A stretch of DNA of 48,732 nt, counting the filler, from Jimgerdemannia flammicorona (lineage: Eukaryota), in the NCBI GenBank assembly GCA_003990765.1. It is 2 parts of 2 records of this genome, joined end to end, with 100 filler letters (N's around TTAATTAATTAA, not from the genome) between each part and the next. Parts side by side here need not be neighbours in the genome. Positions count along the whole stretch, not along the records: positions 1 to 24,322 come from RBNJ01000990.1; 1 more part is not named here. One strand, written 5' to 3'. Numbering within the stretch: the stretch's first letter is position 1; every line of letters begins with the position of its first letter. The notes beneath the pieces were generated by a model. That model searched no databases and was not told the origin of the DNA. It was given only the letters and a program-made list of their open reading frames with translations. A program made the translations under genes and the position numbers. This document shows, in pieces, positions 11,940 to 23,842 of the stretch.

Positions 11940-12720
11940 ATATGTCAGCACCTACTTATATAGAGATATTGGAGGACAAAAGGTGAAGATCCTCACAGAT
12001 ACAGAAGCAGCTGTCTGTGTCATTGCCAAATGGTTTCTGGACACCCTCTAATAGCTGATTGATGGACCATCTAACCTCAGTATCATAGTGGCAGATGGAG
12101 TCCATAGTGCTCCCAAACAAGTCAAATCAATTCAAATTGAATTGAATTGAGGGTTAAACGAGTTGAATCGAATTGGGGATTTTTCAATTCGAATCAATTT
12201 GAATCGAATCAAAAGTTGAATCAAATTGAGAGTCTGATTTGAACCCTAATTTTCAAAATGTAATAACTCAGCGTAAAATCATCCAAATCTAACATAGTTT
12301 AGCTTGTTAGAATCACATTAATATGGTGAATCTAATAAGCTAAAATACATTAAATTTAGATGAGTTTTCATCGAGTTATTACATTTTGAAAATTAAGGTT
12401 CGAATCAAACTTCAAATCAAATTAGACCTTTGATTCGATTTGAATTGAATTGAATTGGACCCTTGATTTGATCGAATCAAATCGAGTTTGGGCCAAATTC
12501 GATTCAATTCGATTCATTGGGAGCACTAGGAGCCCGAACTCAACCCCTTGGAGAAGTATGAAATATTACTATCTCTCTTAGACACATTCAGTTCTCTATT
12601 CCAAAAAGCTATTATCACTGAAGCTATTACCTATGATATAATTCTTGGCACCAACTGGATGAAGGAAATGAATGCAATTGTTGATATCAGTCAACAGGTA
12701 CTCAAATTTGACTACTGAGG
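11940..12720 (+). pseudogene. Aspartic protease of element 1, interrupted by a MITE
   Basis: ILTDTEAAVCVI; removing the MITE and one TSD restores VADGARTQPLGEV; IILGTNW. Confidence 0.8.
12105..12528. mobile_element. 424-bp hAT-type MITE (fold-back)
   Basis: TIRs TAGTGCTCCCAA / TTGGGAGCACTA; 8-bp TSD GGAGTCCA (12097-12104) / GGAGCCCG (12529-12536); AATCG/AATTG subterminal pentamers; central long palindrome. Confidence 0.9.
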
Positions 12721-14029
12721 CAAGAAGTATAGAGTTAAGGTGACTAGCTATGAACAATCAAAAAAGAAGAAGAAGGTCACTATTCAGGAAGAATATACTA
12801 GCAGTGAGGAGTCTACTACAGAAGAGGAAGAAGAATCTGAAGATGGAAATAAACAGACCAGAAGACAATGTGTAAGCCAAGAACACCATCCCTATCACTA
12901 TTGGAGCCATTGTAGGAGAAATTAAAGAATGCCCTATCTGCCTCAAGAGATACAAGTGTCCTGAGCATTCCTCCAAGATTATGGAAATAAGGAAATCACC
13001 TGGCATAGCCTATCCAGAGTACAGAAAGAAGAAGAAGAAATGCAGATATGTTCCAGGAATACCTGCAACTGAAGCTGCAGAAGTATAAGCAATTTGAGGT
13101 CAAGAATCATCTGAGGAAGAAGAAACTTCTGATCAAGAAGTCCCTGAACAAGAAGCACCTGAAGAAGAAGAGATTCCTGAACTCATTCCCTGGGATAATC
13201 CTTATTGAATACCATCTGAAGACAATGACCCTTGGAATATAGAAGAAGGACCCAGTATAATAATCATTATCCTCAAGAAAGAAACTCACCAAGAAAAGGC
13301 TTTTTGGCTAGGAAGATGTCCACATCAAATGGTCTTCCACTCTCCCCGAGACTACTGCTATCAGTGCCATTTACTAGACTAACAGAAAAGATAGAGACCC
13401 CAGAGACCAGAACCCCTGAACACACTTACATAGTCAACTACCTTCTAAGAAATTACCACCAAGTTGCAAAGCCAATTCAGGGGACAAGGCTTCTTCACCC
13501 AAACAGAAATATATCCCTTGTCTACTCTTCCACCCACTTATGACCAAGATGGGTACCAATTCCCAAAGCAACAAGAGATCAACAACTGGAAACACCATTT
13601 CTGAGCAATGGGATATTGCAACCATGGGAGACACTCTGACTGCTGAGACTGTAGACATCAGAAGATTCACCTCAGTTATGATGTCATAGTCCATACTTTA
13701 AAGAGAGGAGACAACAGAGACCAGATCTGAAAAGCCAAACCAGGAAGTCAGGAAGAAGAATCCTCAAGATCTATGATTTAGAAGAAGATATTCTAGCTCT
13801 CATCAGATATACAACCCACCAAGAATGGGCAGAAGATGCAACCAACTTCATGGAAGCCCTAGATTCTATAGAAAGAAGGAGAATCAACTATCTCCGAGAC
13901 CCCTCTACTAGAGCCAGATGGCCACACCTCAACCTCAGAGCCTGGAGGCTCTCTGCTAGTAGAGCCTCAGCTCTAGGACAGCCCAAACTCAGTAAGGACA
14001 TTGTCCAGTATGCCCTGCTACATCTCAAG

Positions 14030-14410
14030 GCCAAACCTCTGACCAAAGCCCATCCAGAAGATATAGGATATGATCTTTACAGTCTGGGGAATGAATCTAT
14101 CAAACCTGGAAAAACCTTCATGATCAGAACCAGATTAGCCATGCAGCCACCCTAAGGATCTTACATCCAACTGACCTCAAGGTCCAGACTTGTTAGATAA
14201 GGAATAACTGTGGAAGGAGGAACTATCAACCCAGGATATACAGGTAAAATTAAGGTTATTTATATAACAGCAGTACAGAATGGCACCAAATTATTAGAGG
14301 ACAGAAGATTGCCCAAGCAGTCTTCATGAAGGTCAAGACCCCATAGTTACAAGAAGTCTCTGAACTAATTGAAGAAACAAAACAAGCCAAGGGATTTGAA
14401 AGTTCAGATA
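14030..14410 (+). pseudogene. dUTPase domain of element 1
   Basis: DIGYDLYS, SRSRL, VEGGTINPGYTGKIKV, KIAQAVF and GFESS motifs. Confidence 0.85.
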
Positions 14411-14959
14411 GGAAAGAAGTACACCTCCTTCAAGTCAACTACCTCAAGAAGAATGCTCTCCAGCAAGTATACTAGCAACCAGTCAGACTGCATAAGAATC
14501 TTATCCTGGAGCCTAAAGAACAAACTACCTTCAAAATCTTTGCACCACCCAACCTCAGAAACCTTTTCTTTGAACCCAAGGAAGATATCCCACATCTGAA
14601 TATAGAGGGACACACATTCCCCAACAAGATGAATTCAGTACACTCCTGAGTGATCAACCAAAGTTGGGAGACCATCATCCTGCTGAAAGGAACTATCATA
14701 GGACATCTGGTATCTTTTCTCAACTGAAATCATAGAGAAGTTTATGAACTAAACCTATCAGGAAATGGCAAAAGGTCTCAAAAGAAAAGAAAGGCCCCTC
14801 TGTGACCCAAGAGATAGTGAAGCCTTCCACTAACATTGGAGAAGAATTGACACCTTAACAACAGCAACAACTAGTAGAACTTCTCAACAAATATCAAGAT
14901 ATCTTTACTACTGATTATGGCAATCTGCCATACAATCCATCATATTACTACCATATAAA

Positions 14960-16189
14960 TATAGGAAATGCAATACCCATCTGGCAGAAATCCTATAGAA
15001 TACTCCATTACTTGAAAACATTTGAAAAGGAGTACATTCAAGAACTCTTAGATAATGGGGTCATCTGACCCTCTACCAGCTCCTGGGCCAGCCCTATACT
15101 TATTATACCAAAGAAAGGAAGATAGAGACTCTGTATGGATTACAGGAAACTCAATTCAGTCACCGAAAAGGATGCCTATCCTCTGCCCAGAATTGATGAC
15201 CTCTTGGATCAGTTACAAGATGCCAGATACTTCAGCAGTATGGACCTCTTTGCAGGATTCCATGAGATCCCCATGGACCCCAAGGACATTCAAAAGACAG
15301 CCTTCCTTGCTCTAAGAAAACTGTTTGAGTACCTCCAAATGTCCTTTGGACTTTGCAATGCACCCTCCACCTTCCAGAGGATGATGAATTCAGTCTATGC
15401 CCCCTTGATCCACTACTGCCTGATTGTATACATGGATGATTCCAACATCTATTCAGCAAATTTCAAACTCACCTATAAGAACCACTCAAGACTGAATGCA
15501 AAGAAATGCTACTTTGGGAAACAGAAACTTGAATTCCTTGGATTCATAGTTTTGAAAGAAGGAATCTATATAGACCTAAAGAAAACCAAGAAGATCAACA
15601 ATTGGTCAGTACCCAAAGGAAATACTATCATTCCTGATGCTAGTATCCTACTATAGAAGGTTTATCAAAGACTTTGCCCAAATTGCTGCTCTGATCTGAA
15701 TCCTTCTTAAGAAAGAAGTACCATTCAAATAGACAGAAATATAAGAAAAAGCCTTCAGAGAACTCAAGAACCACATAACTACAGCACCAATCCTTGTGCA
15801 CCCCAATTTACAGAAGCCATTCATCTTATATATAGATGCTTCTAAAGATGGCCTTGGGGCAGTTCTGACCCAAGAAGGACCCAATCAACAGTACCATATA
15901 ATAGCTTATGCAAGCAGAGCTACTAATTAGCAGCAGATAAACTATAGTAGCACCAAACTGGAATGCCTTGCAGTCATATGGGTGGTCACCCTGTTCAAGC
16001 ATTACCTCTGGAAAAAGATTCACCCTGATCACAGACCATGTAGCCCTTAAATAGCTATTTAACTGTAAGAAACCCACCAGAATCTTAGCTTGCTGGATCC
16101 TTATCCTTCAGGATTACAAAATCACCATCATTCACAAAGCAGAGAAAGCCCACAACAATGTTGATGTACTTTCCCACCAGCCCCAATGA
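14960..16189 (+). pseudogene. Reverse transcriptase and RNase H of element 1
   Basis: DYRKLN, YPLPRIDD, MSFGLCNAPSTFQR, YMDD, FLGF; YIDAS.DGLGAVL, TDH, DVLS. Confidence 0.92.
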
Positions 16190-17150
16190 ACCAGAAGAAG
16201 AGTGTCCTGAGGAACTATACCCTAAAGGAAGCTCCTCAGACCATCAAGGCACAAGAAGATCTCATCTAAAAAGAATATCAAAAAGCTCATCAAGGACAGG
16301 AAAATATAGAAGAGAAGTTGCAAACAATATACCAACATTGGCCCAACCTCAGAAAACAAGTCCAGGATATAGTTAAGAAATGTGATACCTGCCAGAAGTA
16401 CCAAGGAAGGAAGAACTATCAAGCATCACTGTAACCAATCATACCACCAGACAACATCTTTCAGAGATGGGGAGTAGATGTAATTGGACCTCTATCAGTT
16501 ACACCAAGAAGAAACAAATACTCAGATATGGACCCCCAGAAGAACTTATCTCTGACTGAGGCATAGAATTCATCAATAACATAATCACAAGTTATGCCTG
16601 AATTCACAAAATCCACCTCAAAAGGACCACATCATATCACCCTTAGATCAATGGAATGACAGAGAGAATGAACCAGACCATCAAGAAAGGACTTGCCCAA
16701 GTCAATCTTACTAATTGAGACCTCTGCTTACCTGAGATCCTATGGAAAATTCAGAACACCCCTGCTGCCTCTACCAAACAAAAGCTATTTGAAATGATGT
16801 TTGCTAAGAAAACCAGAACTGCTGACCATGAGGATCTTGGAGACCTCCTCAAGAAGGCAGAACAATTACATAATCAAGCCTGAGGACAGATTATCAAAGC
16901 CCAAGAAAGACAAAAGAAGTATTATGACCAGAAACAGAAAGATCAGAAGATCAAGATTGGTGATCAAGTCCTAATTTGAAGAAGCATAATAGAAACAAAC
17001 TTTGCCACTAAACTGGAACCAAAATGAGAAGGACCATACCTTATATACAACTTCAGAGGAACCAGCATCTATATAAGAAGTATGGATAGATGTGTCTTGA
17101 GAACTCCAGTCCATATCAATTGCCTCAAGATATACCTGCACAAACCATGA
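16186..17150 (+). pseudogene. Integrase of element 1 with GPY/F tail, apparently a separate ORF
   Basis: CDTCQK, WGVDVIGPL, SD.G.EFIN, YHP..NGMTERMNQT, EGPY; ATGA overlaps at both ends. Confidence 0.85.
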
Positions 17151-17692
17151 CTCAGAGAATAGATCAATGCCTCTAGACCCTCATCCCCAGCTCTTTCTAA
17201 GTCCTGCCAATTCCCCTGCCCCAGTTTTGCCAACTTGAAGGAACCCCTATACAATTGATCCAGAAGCATCAAGAGAACCTTACCATTGTCCAGAGATTAC
17301 TTCAGATTCACCATCTACAAGCCTTCTATAATATTGAACAGCTATTAACAGAACAATCTTATATAAGGAGCCTGGCTGGAATTACTCTCAGAGAATCAAG
17401 AACTGCTAAACGAATCTATACCCTATATAATTGAAATGTTGGAGCCCTGGTGTAGTCTCACTTCTATCTCAATGATATCCATCAGATGAATGAGACCACC
17501 TTTCAGAGTATTCTTCAACAAGTAGACATCCTATTTCCCAAAGAACAAGAAGAAGATCCAGAGCTAGAATAGAGTGACCCTGGTATAGACAATGAAGATG
17601 ATAGAATGGGCATAGATACAGAAGCAGCTTATGCTTATTGGAATAATAACTGAAGAACAGTCTGGGATAGACTATCCTTCAGTGGGGGCTGA
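17147..17692 (+). pseudogene. Extra 182-codon sense ORF between integrase and 3' LTR, unknown function
   Basis: Single frame from ATG 17147 to TGA 17690-17692; internal stops are all explicable by C>T or G>A decay; motifs AFYNIEQLL and RTAKRIYTLY. Confidence 0.65.
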
Positions 17693-19155
17693 TATGACAA
17701 ACTACAAAACATAGCAATCTTGAAACCCAACCAGGTGATGTGAACATTAGCATAGTATAGTAACTAGCAACCATTACTGCAGAAAATATATAAATAACTC
17801 AGATAGCTAAAAAAAGAAAAAACCCTGACAGTGGCTATCACTCTGATAGTAGCTATCACCCTGATAGTAGCTGTCACTCTGATAGTGAATGTCACCCTAT
17901 AAATAGCATTCTAGTTAACCAGATAGCAACTAAGATAGCAACCACATTATATAAATTACCCCAGAGATAAGAGTGAATAAATCTCAGTTCTAAAATACAA
18001 AGCAAAAGACAAGTCTGCCTACTATACTTTGAGAGATATGCCTGCCAAAAGCCACTTGATCCTAAAGGAATTGGATTATAACACTTAGGAGAAATGCCTG
18101 CTCTATAGCCACTATTAGGAGATTGTGAGCTTTACCCCTTTCCCACTCTGGTCCACTTTCTGTTACAAAGAACAAGTTCATTTTGATTTGCTTGTTAGAT
18201 AAGCCTAAAGATTTGCTGCCCAAGTTCAAGGAAGAACTTTGCCACCATTTTCCAGTAGAAGCCTGCCAATTCAGGAAGAATCCACACCATCTGAGTAGTA
18301 TTCCCAATTGAAGCCACTGATTCAGGAAGAATCTGTGACATCCAAGTTATCTGTACCATCCAAGTTATTTCTCAGAAGCCTGCCAATTCAGAAAGAATCT
18401 ATGCCATCTGAGTAGTATTCCCAGTTGAAGCTACTGATTCAGGAAGAATCCATGACATCCAAGTTATTCATGCCATCTGAGTTATTTCCCAGTTGAAGCT
18501 ACTGATTCAGGAAGAATCCATGACATCCAAGTTATTCACGCCATCTGAGTTATTTCCCAGAAGCCTGCTGATTCAGGAGAATCCACATCATCTGCCATTT
18601 CCAAGTTATCTGTATTTTCAGAAGAGCCTGATTCATGACATCTGAGTTATTTGTTTGTTCCCAGTGAGCTGAATTGAGTTATCTATCAGAAATTGCATAC
18701 TTTTGGAGATTGCCTCACTACACAAATTGTGGCATTCCCAGTTGACCAAATAAGGAACCCAGTTATGCTACACAAGATCATCATGCAGAAATCACATAAG
18801 GTGAACTGCTAAATTGCCAGACTGTCATGCCCAGAAGATCATCACGCTACACAAGATCATCACTCAGAAATTGCATACTTTTGGAGATCATCATGCTACA
18901 CATGAAATCCTACCAATTCCTGGTTAACCCAAGAAGGAAACTCATTCACACAAATCACCGCTATACCCAGAGAACAGTCCCAATAAGGAAACCACTCACA
19001 GATATCCAGCTTTTGACTATTATACCACTAAACACCAAGGACCTCAGGAATCTTAGAACATTTTGTTGCTTTTTGACAAAGTAACTGGGGGCTCAAGCCA
19101 AACTACATCAACCCCCAACCTTGTAATTTGCCTCCATTGAGCCAGGCACGTTACA
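17693..19155 (+). repeat. 3' LTR of Gypsy element 1
   Basis: Follows the purine tract AGTGGGGG (17681-17688); starts TATGAC (decayed TGTGAC), ends GTTACA. Confidence 0.9.
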
Positions 19156-19489
19156 ATATCTCAGTCTCAATATCTTCAATGTCAGGTCCAACCAGAATAG
19201 CAGAGCTTCTGACTCAACAATCCGCGAGTCCAGTAAAACTCAAGACCTCTCTAACGCGACAGCACTCCCTGCCTCTGTGCATCATCGCCGCCAGTTCGTT
19301 TCATGTAATGTATCGAATGAGGTCCATTGACTGGCGGTCACTCATGAGGTGCCAGATGAAACCGATGTTGGGTGATCTTTAGGAAGGTTGGTTCTCGGGT
19401 GTCGGAAAAAGCTGACTAAATGGAATCCGAAGCCGTGTATACATATATAATTTGATAATATTTATAATTGTAAATCATAATTCCTACAC

Positions 19490-20446
19490 TTAAAGAATTC
19501 TTATGTGGTCATATATATGATAGCCAAAGAAAATTATATCCGTAATATCGGTCACCTTAACCGAAAAATTGGTGAGATCTGCATAATGAGGTCCGAGACA
19601 GAGCTCATTATGCAGGCATATACAGTCATACCAAACCAATGTATGCCATATCATAAACCCCTTGATAGTATCTTTACAAACTCCCAACCAAATTCAAAGA
19701 ATTCAGAGAGCACTTGAGAGTATCCACTACATACCTTGATCTGAAATGCATCTGGATCTCTTTCAAAATCTCTAGAAAGGCCTTTACATCGTCTTCAATG
19801 GTCGGATGGCTTCGTAAAATACGAGTCCTTTCGAGGAAGGTTCCCAGCTGACAGACCATATCGAGAACCTCACAGGCTGCGTTGTCGTCCACTTGACAGC
19901 GGACGCAAAGCATACTATCGGATGTTGGCTGGGAGGTCTGGCATCTTGTCAATAATGTGGATGTTTCACCGTCCGTTGGTGGCCGCGCTGTGTGGGCCAC
20001 ATTGTAGATAATCAGTTAAGTCGACGGCGAGAGTGCTGCTAGATGTGTCGGCATTTGATGTTGTGTCGTTTCTCCATTCGCTGCCATTTGAACGGAATCA
20101 TTTATACGAATGTCATACAGGATGACCCGGACGTGGTTCTAGACCTTCGAAATGGGAGCGAGACTGCTGAACAGTTATCTGGGCCTTTTTCGTTAACCTC
20201 CTTTCCGGCTGAGGTTGGCAGGATTCTCCGGCTTCTCGACAACGATGGCATGGAACACCCTTGCACGTTTTCTTGAGAATCTTGCAGCGGGCACACACAA
20301 CGCCGGGAACGTTCCTCTTACGGGGGTTCTCATTGACATGCGGGCAGCCTTTCTTTTTCCGGCGACATGGTATGCATGCCTTATGCTGGACGGTTTGGGT
20401 AACTTGGTCTGGCGTGTGATTGGAAGATGTTGATGTTGGGCTCGTG
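19490..20446 (-). pseudogene. Zn-cluster gene paralog, inverted, with internal deletions and frameshifts
   Basis: ACIPCRRKKKGC..CARCKILKKTC..CHRCREAGESC; EVLDMVCQLGTFLER; VCKDTIKGFMIW; the downstream flank 19156-19490 is also homologous. Confidence 0.9.
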
Positions 20447-20786
20447 TTTGTTTTCAGTGCTTCGGCTAATGCCTTGACTCCATTCTCGCCAACACCATTG
20501 CCTATAGAGTGTTAAATGAAATGTATACCCTACGAGTATTGAATCCTTGTATAGTCTCTTCTATTAATGGTCATTACACGTGATGGTCAGCGGCTACAGC
20601 AGATGTTGCATTATTATTATAGCAATAAAAACATAAACAATCGGCAGTTCCTATAGCCTGGGTAGCACACATGCCATTTTGTCATTCGCATATAAAAGCA
20701 CTCTTTTTCTTGAAGCAGTTTTCGCTCCTTTTCAGCTGCACCTCCACTACTTACGAGCTCAAACACCAACATCGGCTCCCAACCAC

Positions 20787-22200
20787 ATGCCACCCCGACC
20801 CACGGGCTCAAGCCCAACATCGGCTCCCGACTACGTGGGCCAATTCACCTCAACATCAACTCCCGACTACTTGGACCAACTCACCTCAACATCAGCTCCA
20901 GACTATGTGGACCAACTCACTTCAACATCGACACCATCTCCCAGTCATATGCCAGACCAAGTCATCCCAACCGTCCAGCATAAGGCATGCATACCATGTC
21001 ACCGGAAAAGGAAAGGCTGCCCGCACGTCAATGAGAACGCCCGTAAGAGGAACGTTCCCGGCGTTGTGTGTGCCCGCTGCAAGATTCTCAAGAAACCGTG
21101 CAATGGTGTCCCATGTCGCCGTTGTCGAGAAGCCGGAGAATCCTGCCAACCTCAGCCGGAAAGGAGGTTAACGAAAAAGGCCCAGATAACTGTCCAGCGG
21201 TCTCGCTCCCGTTCCGAAAGTCTAGAAATAATCGCAACCACGTCCGGGTCATCCTGTATGGCATTCGTAGAAACGATCCCCGCGATACCGTTCAAATGGC
21301 GGCGAACGGAGAAACGACACAACATCAAATGCCGACACATCTAGCGGCACTCTCGCCGTCAACTCAACTGATTATCTACAATGCGGCCCACGCCGCGCGG
21401 CCACCAACGGACGGTGAAACATTCATCATGTACAAGATGCAAGATTCCCCGGCCAACATCCAATAGTCTGCTTTGCGTCCGCTGTCAAGTGGACGACAAC
21501 CTCTCCTTGGCTTCACGGAACCACCGCACCGCCCTTGGCAACCAACTCGCGGTCTCGCCGGCCACTCGCTCTGCTCCTGGACAAGTTCGAGAGGTAACTC
21601 GAGACAGCAACACAGCGTCAAGCCTTCCGCTCCAATATTAGACTTATCCTCCAGTCCATGTCAAGCGCCATCGCGACCATTGGTGCAGAATGGCCACTGC
21701 CAACGACATCGTAGAGGACCTACCCAAAGGATCGTTCGCGGCATATTTACACCTCATGTGATGCATTGTGAATGGTTACAACTGGAGTTGGATGACCGCT
21801 TTATCATCGCCGCTTCAGACGATGCAGCCCGTGAAGTTCTCAATATAGTCCGTCGACTGGGAACCTTTCTCGAAAGGGCTCGTGTTTTACGAAACCATTC
21901 GACCATTGAAGACGATGTGAGAGCTTTTTTAAGAATTTTGAAAGATATTCAAGATGTATTTAAGATCGAGGTATGTGGTGATGCTCTCAAGCACTCTATG
22001 AATTCTTTGAATTCGTTCGATTGAGAGCAACTGAGAGTTTGTAAGGACACCATTAAGGGGTTTATGATATGGCGTATGTTAGTTTGGTGTGATGTATATG
22101 TCTATATAATGAGCTCTGTGTCGGAGCCTGTCATGCCGATCTTACCAATTTTCGGTGAAGGTGACCGAAATTGCAAACAAGTTTTTCTTTGATTCTGTTA
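20787..22200 (+). pseudogene. Zn-cluster gene paralog, frameshifted, with an expanded N-terminal 36-bp repeat
   Basis: ORFs 20679-21344, 21068-21466, 21381-21641 and 21473-22024 tile the 454-aa protein in different frames. Confidence 0.9.
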
Positions 22201-22669
22201 TAAATTATTTATGAATATTATAAAGATCTTTGAAAATAAATCACTTCTGTTATCATAGCCTCGGATCAGAGTTGAGTTTGCTGTACCATACGGACTCTCC
22301 CGAGAAGCAACCTTCCTAACATCAGCTTGATTCGATGAACCTCACTCGACAAATTACATGAAACAAATGGTGAAGCCGACATGCGGAGTGCGAGTCGCGT
22401 TAGGGAGGCCTGGATTGACGCCGGTTGACTCAGAAGTTCTGATACTCTGGTTGGACCTTGGAATTAATATTGTCGAAAAGCTGTGCATGATTCAGTTCGG
22501 AGGATTTACAATATGCATAGGATGAGAGCATTACGGAAAATTTGATTTTATGAATACATGAAAAGTCAATGGATGTGCTTGATAGACGATATTATCGAGC
22601 TAGATATGTCAGCCCTTAGCACCGGCTTGCGTAGCGGTGTGAATGCAGGGCGCAACAAATTGTCATTGG

Positions 22670-23842
22670 AACTTTTTTTTTTTTTCTTTCTTGTGGTGAG
22701 ATTTAAAGTTCCGTGAGACATGGGAATGGAATAAGGTTTGTTTTTTATTGAATGAGATATTTGAAATATTGGTGGGGTACGGAATATTGGACTCCTTCAG
22801 TGTTCTACTGCATCTTGCATTCAGTGTCGAAGGTCCCATACCTTGCGCCATTTTCTGATATTGAGAAGTGAGTAAATTCAAACTGGAAAAGGTGTAATGT
22901 CTCTTCCCCCTCTTTCCCCCATTTTTTTTTTTTTATTGAATTGAATTTTGGCACTCCACCAAATAAGCTAGTCACCGCAAGTAAATAAATAATTCGAAAA
23001 AGGTCTCCTATGAGTTGCAAATATTTGATAATGTGATATATCAATGGATCGAGAAGTACACCTGACAGGGATGGGCGTGATGGTCAGCAGTTATGACGAC
23101 GAAAACACGCGATTATGCGATTATTGAATCGCAGTCAATATCCACGTGGTATATACACTCGTTAAAAATAGACTCCATTCCCAGTTCTTGGCTGCCATAA
23201 TTATCTTTTTCACGTTACAAGAATAGACCCGCCGAGCCGAATCTCCTCGGGATTCTATTGTATGATTGGAACGTCGTTCCTTCCGCTTCATGACATTGCG
23301 ATCATATGCTACTGTCAAGAATTGTCGGTCACATCGTAGAGGATACAACTCAAGGATCGTATTCGGACTTAAGTGATCAGTGCAAATGGTTACAACCGAG
23401 TTTAGATCTACGATTTGCCAATACCTCAATTCGGATCCTCTTGTCAAACCCAACGAAGTCCTTCGCATTTATTTCGGATGCTGCGATATACTGCTATTTC
23501 CTGGCCCGCAACCATGGCTCGCTGGCCGCCTCGAAACCCAAACATGTGACATACTGCGAATGCATAGATTTTACCGTTAATGCGACGAAAAGAGCCTCTG
23601 ATTTGCTGTGTGACTCGCGTCGATGGCATGTATTAAGGAGTACGGCGGCCTTCAAAGCTTCCGCTCGAGAATAGAGACAGATACAGATTGATCTCTACGC
23701 AGTTAGAGTGCGTGCATAAGGCGAAAACGATATTCATCGCGTGAATGAACATCGGGAACTTTTTAATAGATGAGATCTCAACGTACCTCATATTTTGCAG
23801 AGGTTTAAGTATACCATCGGAATGACCAACATTGCTCGAGGC
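22670..23842. repeat. Decayed copy of the duplicated unit (B, C, Zn-gene relic, D)
   Basis: Colinear with 2140-3765; 23310-23420 encodes RIVGHIVEDTTQGS..QCKWLQPSLDLRF, matching the 454-aa protein. Confidence 0.8.

Larger units (their letters stand above)
8520..19155 (+). mobile_element. Ty3/Gypsy LTR retrotransposon 1 (gag-PR-dUTPase-RT-RNaseH-IN-extra ORF), degenerate
   Basis: Paired ~1.4-kb LTRs, PBS, PPT and domain order PR-RT-RH-IN; no TSD seen and left edge uncertain. Confidence 0.95.

Noticed and set aside
18827..19084. 85-aa ORF present in both LTRs of element 1
   Set aside because: Short, overlaps internal LTR repeats, no motif; presence in both LTRs is expected from LTR identity
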